A stretch of DNA of 59,293 bases, counting the filler, from Sphacelaria rigidula (taxonomy: Eukaryota): assembly GCA_964200075.2 (NCBI GenBank). It is 8 parts of 8 records of this genome, joined end to end, with 100 filler letters (N's around TTAATTAATTAA, not from the genome) between each part and the next. Parts side by side here need not be neighbours in the genome. Positions count along the whole stretch, not along the records: positions 51,971 to 59,293 come from CAXNAA020015446.1; 7 more parts are not named here. One strand, given 5' to 3'. A program made the position numbers and the translations under genes. This document shows, piece by piece, positions 57,193 through 59,293 of this stretch. The notes under the pieces are model-generated. The model searched no databases and was not told the DNA's origin. It was given only the letters and a program-made list of their open reading frames with translations. Every line of letters begins with the position of its first letter. Position 1 is the stretch's first letter.

Positions 57193-59014
57193 CGCAGGGT
57201 CTGGGCCGTATTGGGCAAGACAAGAGAGGGTGTTCTACCACAGAAAACTGCAAGACAGCGGTGTGCTGCCGTCTCCTGTTTTCGGGCATACTTGACCTTA
57301 CTTCTCACCTCTTCTGGAGATCACCATCCTTCATCAGCGCTCTTCCGTTCGTCCTTGGTCTGTTTTTCGGCCAATCCTGCGGACTACGCTTCTCTGCAAT
57401 ATGTTCTGTCGCTCTCACTCTGTACCCCCATTCTTTTCATTTCTTTCTCGTGTCTGTGCGTACGGTGCTGCTGTCACCCAAGCTTGCCTCATCATCCGTT
57501 GATGGCGACGTTCAACCAGACCCAGCGAGAGATAGCATCCCTGGGAAAACGACCAACAACTTACTATCTGCTGATACCTCCTCTCAACGCCCTGTGGCTA
57601 TTGCTTTTCTTTTCCTTGTTCGTTCTTGGAGGGGGGGCTGAGCCCGAAAAGCTCAGAAGCTCCATTATTCACGTCTCCCTTTCCCGACTCGCCCGCGCGA
57701 CATTTCGCATGGTTGGACGGCGCCTCCTTGCTTTACTTTTTCCTCCAACCAGCTTTCGCTCTGTCCACGCTACCGACGGGCGTTTGTTTCGATGTAGGTT
57801 TGGAGTGCAACCCAGAGTCGGAAGAAAGTTTATTTCCGTTCTCTTCCACTCCACCTTCAAAACTGCTTTCAGAGGGCGACGTGACATCCGGAGACGGAGA
57901 AGGGGGCGTCGCAGTATCGGAAAAACGTCGCTGCCCGCGCTTGAACCTGACGACCCGCTAGCTGCTGTTGGATGGCAACGCAGAGGGAGAGTCCGATGAT
58001 GCTGGCAAGCCGCTAATTGATGCTTAGTTAGACGAGGACGCCGGCGAACCGGGCTAGATGATGCGCTCTTGCTAGCTGTCTCGTTCGGCCGTGCTTCCAC
58101 GGTGGAGGAGTTCATGGACTCTTCGCCGTCTGAGTCATTCTGCGTGTTGGCGAGGTGGGTTGGGCTGATACGTATCTCCATTGGTCACCTCTTACTGTCG
58201 TCGTGATCATGGTACCGCCCATCAGGTTGAAAGACGAACCTTAAATCGAAGACTCCATTGTTAGGAGAGGGCTCGGGAGATTCTCGACAACAGTGACGCG
58301 ACTTAGCCGTTGACACTTCACGGAGAGACTCTTGCCTGACTTGTGCGTCCTCCAGCTCACGGAGCGTCCCCTTCTGCCTTGCGCTCCAAGTTGGTCTCCT
58401 CCTGTCTGTGAGCTAAACTGGCTCTAAACTGCAGCCCACTTCTCCTCAGCCAAAATCCTCTAACAGAGTGCCGGAAGAATAATATCTAGATGTTATAGCC
58501 TCTTCCAGACGATCTGGACAAGAGGACAATCCATGAGGGACTCCACCAGTAGCACTGGCCTCGTGCTCGACAAGTCCTTTCTTCTCACTTGTTATTTATC
58601 ACGGAGTGATTCTGAACAGATCACATCAAGAGCCACACAGATGAGGGTCATCAATCCAGGATCTCCTATCCCCTGCGACTGCTCCAATCATGCATGCGGC
58701 TATACTGAAACCTACGGCTTGGTATCATTTGGCTACAGGTTTCACCGTGATTCGTATGCTGCCATCTCCCTTAGGGACGACCACTGACGGCGAAGGGCAA
58801 TGCCCAAGGGGGTAGTGTCGTATCAAGCCGGCTCCTAAGCATGCATCCAGTATAGCATTCACGGCTTTGGTAAGGACTGAATATTTCGATATGGTCGTGA
58901 AGAGATGGGCGTTGTGCGGTGTTGGAGCTTTGGCTCGAAGGGAAGCGTCTTGCCGTGCCCCGAATCGGGGTGAATCCTCAAAAACCGATGTCGATACGAG
59001 TGATTCCCCGGTAG

Positions 59015-59293
59015 TTAGCGGGTGATATTATCCATTTCGGTAGTGAAAGAAAAGACGGCTCCTTTCTTGAGTAGCTCAGCAAGGGGGCGAATCCGTTTAG
59101 ATAAATTCGGCAAAAAATTGCGGTAGTAGGATAGCCCGCCCAACAATGAGCGAAGTTGAGAAATGCTAGTTGGCATCGGCAAATCAGTCATCGCCTTGAC
59201 TTTGTTTGTATCCGGATGCAGGCCTGCTGGCGAAATGGAATGCCCCAAGAAATCCAAGTCAGTCGCGCCAAGGCGAGCTTTGGATGGAGACAG
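59015..59293 (-). mobile_element. Ty3/Gypsy pol fragment (RT C-terminus/connection)
   Basis: LSPSKARLGATDLDFLGHSISPAGLHPDTNKVKAM...QLRSLLGGLSYYRNFLPNLS...PLAELLKKG, ending in a stop codon. Confidence 0.88.

Noticed and set aside
57211-58181. Long overlapping ORFs (262 aa and 170 aa)
   Set aside because: Low-complexity, with no recognisable domain or splice-supported structure.

Overview
This is eukaryotic genomic DNA, most likely from a brown alga (Phaeophyceae). That is an inference from the SSA-FVP plastid presequence on phytoene desaturase, the long-intron gene architecture and the 72-nt LRR exons. The window is not one locus. It is eight size-sorted contigs (7325, 7325, 7325, 7324, 7324, 7324, 7323 and 7323 bp) joined by identical 100-bp N-TTAATTAATTAA-N linkers, so adjacency across linkers means nothing. 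Contents by contig: (1) two exons of a PNPase plus MITEs; (2) eight 72-nt phase-1 exons, each encoding exactly one plant-type LRR; (3) two exons of a C2-domain protein; (4) a decayed DIRS-type retroelement (RT, RNase H, methyltransferase-like and ALOG-like domains) and a 291-bp palindrome; (5) exons of a metallo-beta-lactamase-fold protein with substituted metal ligands, plus a tRNA-derived SINE; (6) the first seven exons of phytoene desaturase, one intron being GC-AG; (7) a Copia relic and a divergent histone H1/H4 pair; (8) repeats and a Gypsy fragment. The most striking signal is in the histone pair. Both genes end in the same 6-bp stem-loop followed exactly 11 nt later by GAGAG, which resembles the animal SLBP/U7 histone 3'-processing signal, and the H1 carrying it has two introns. 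All calls were made by eye; no database searches were run.
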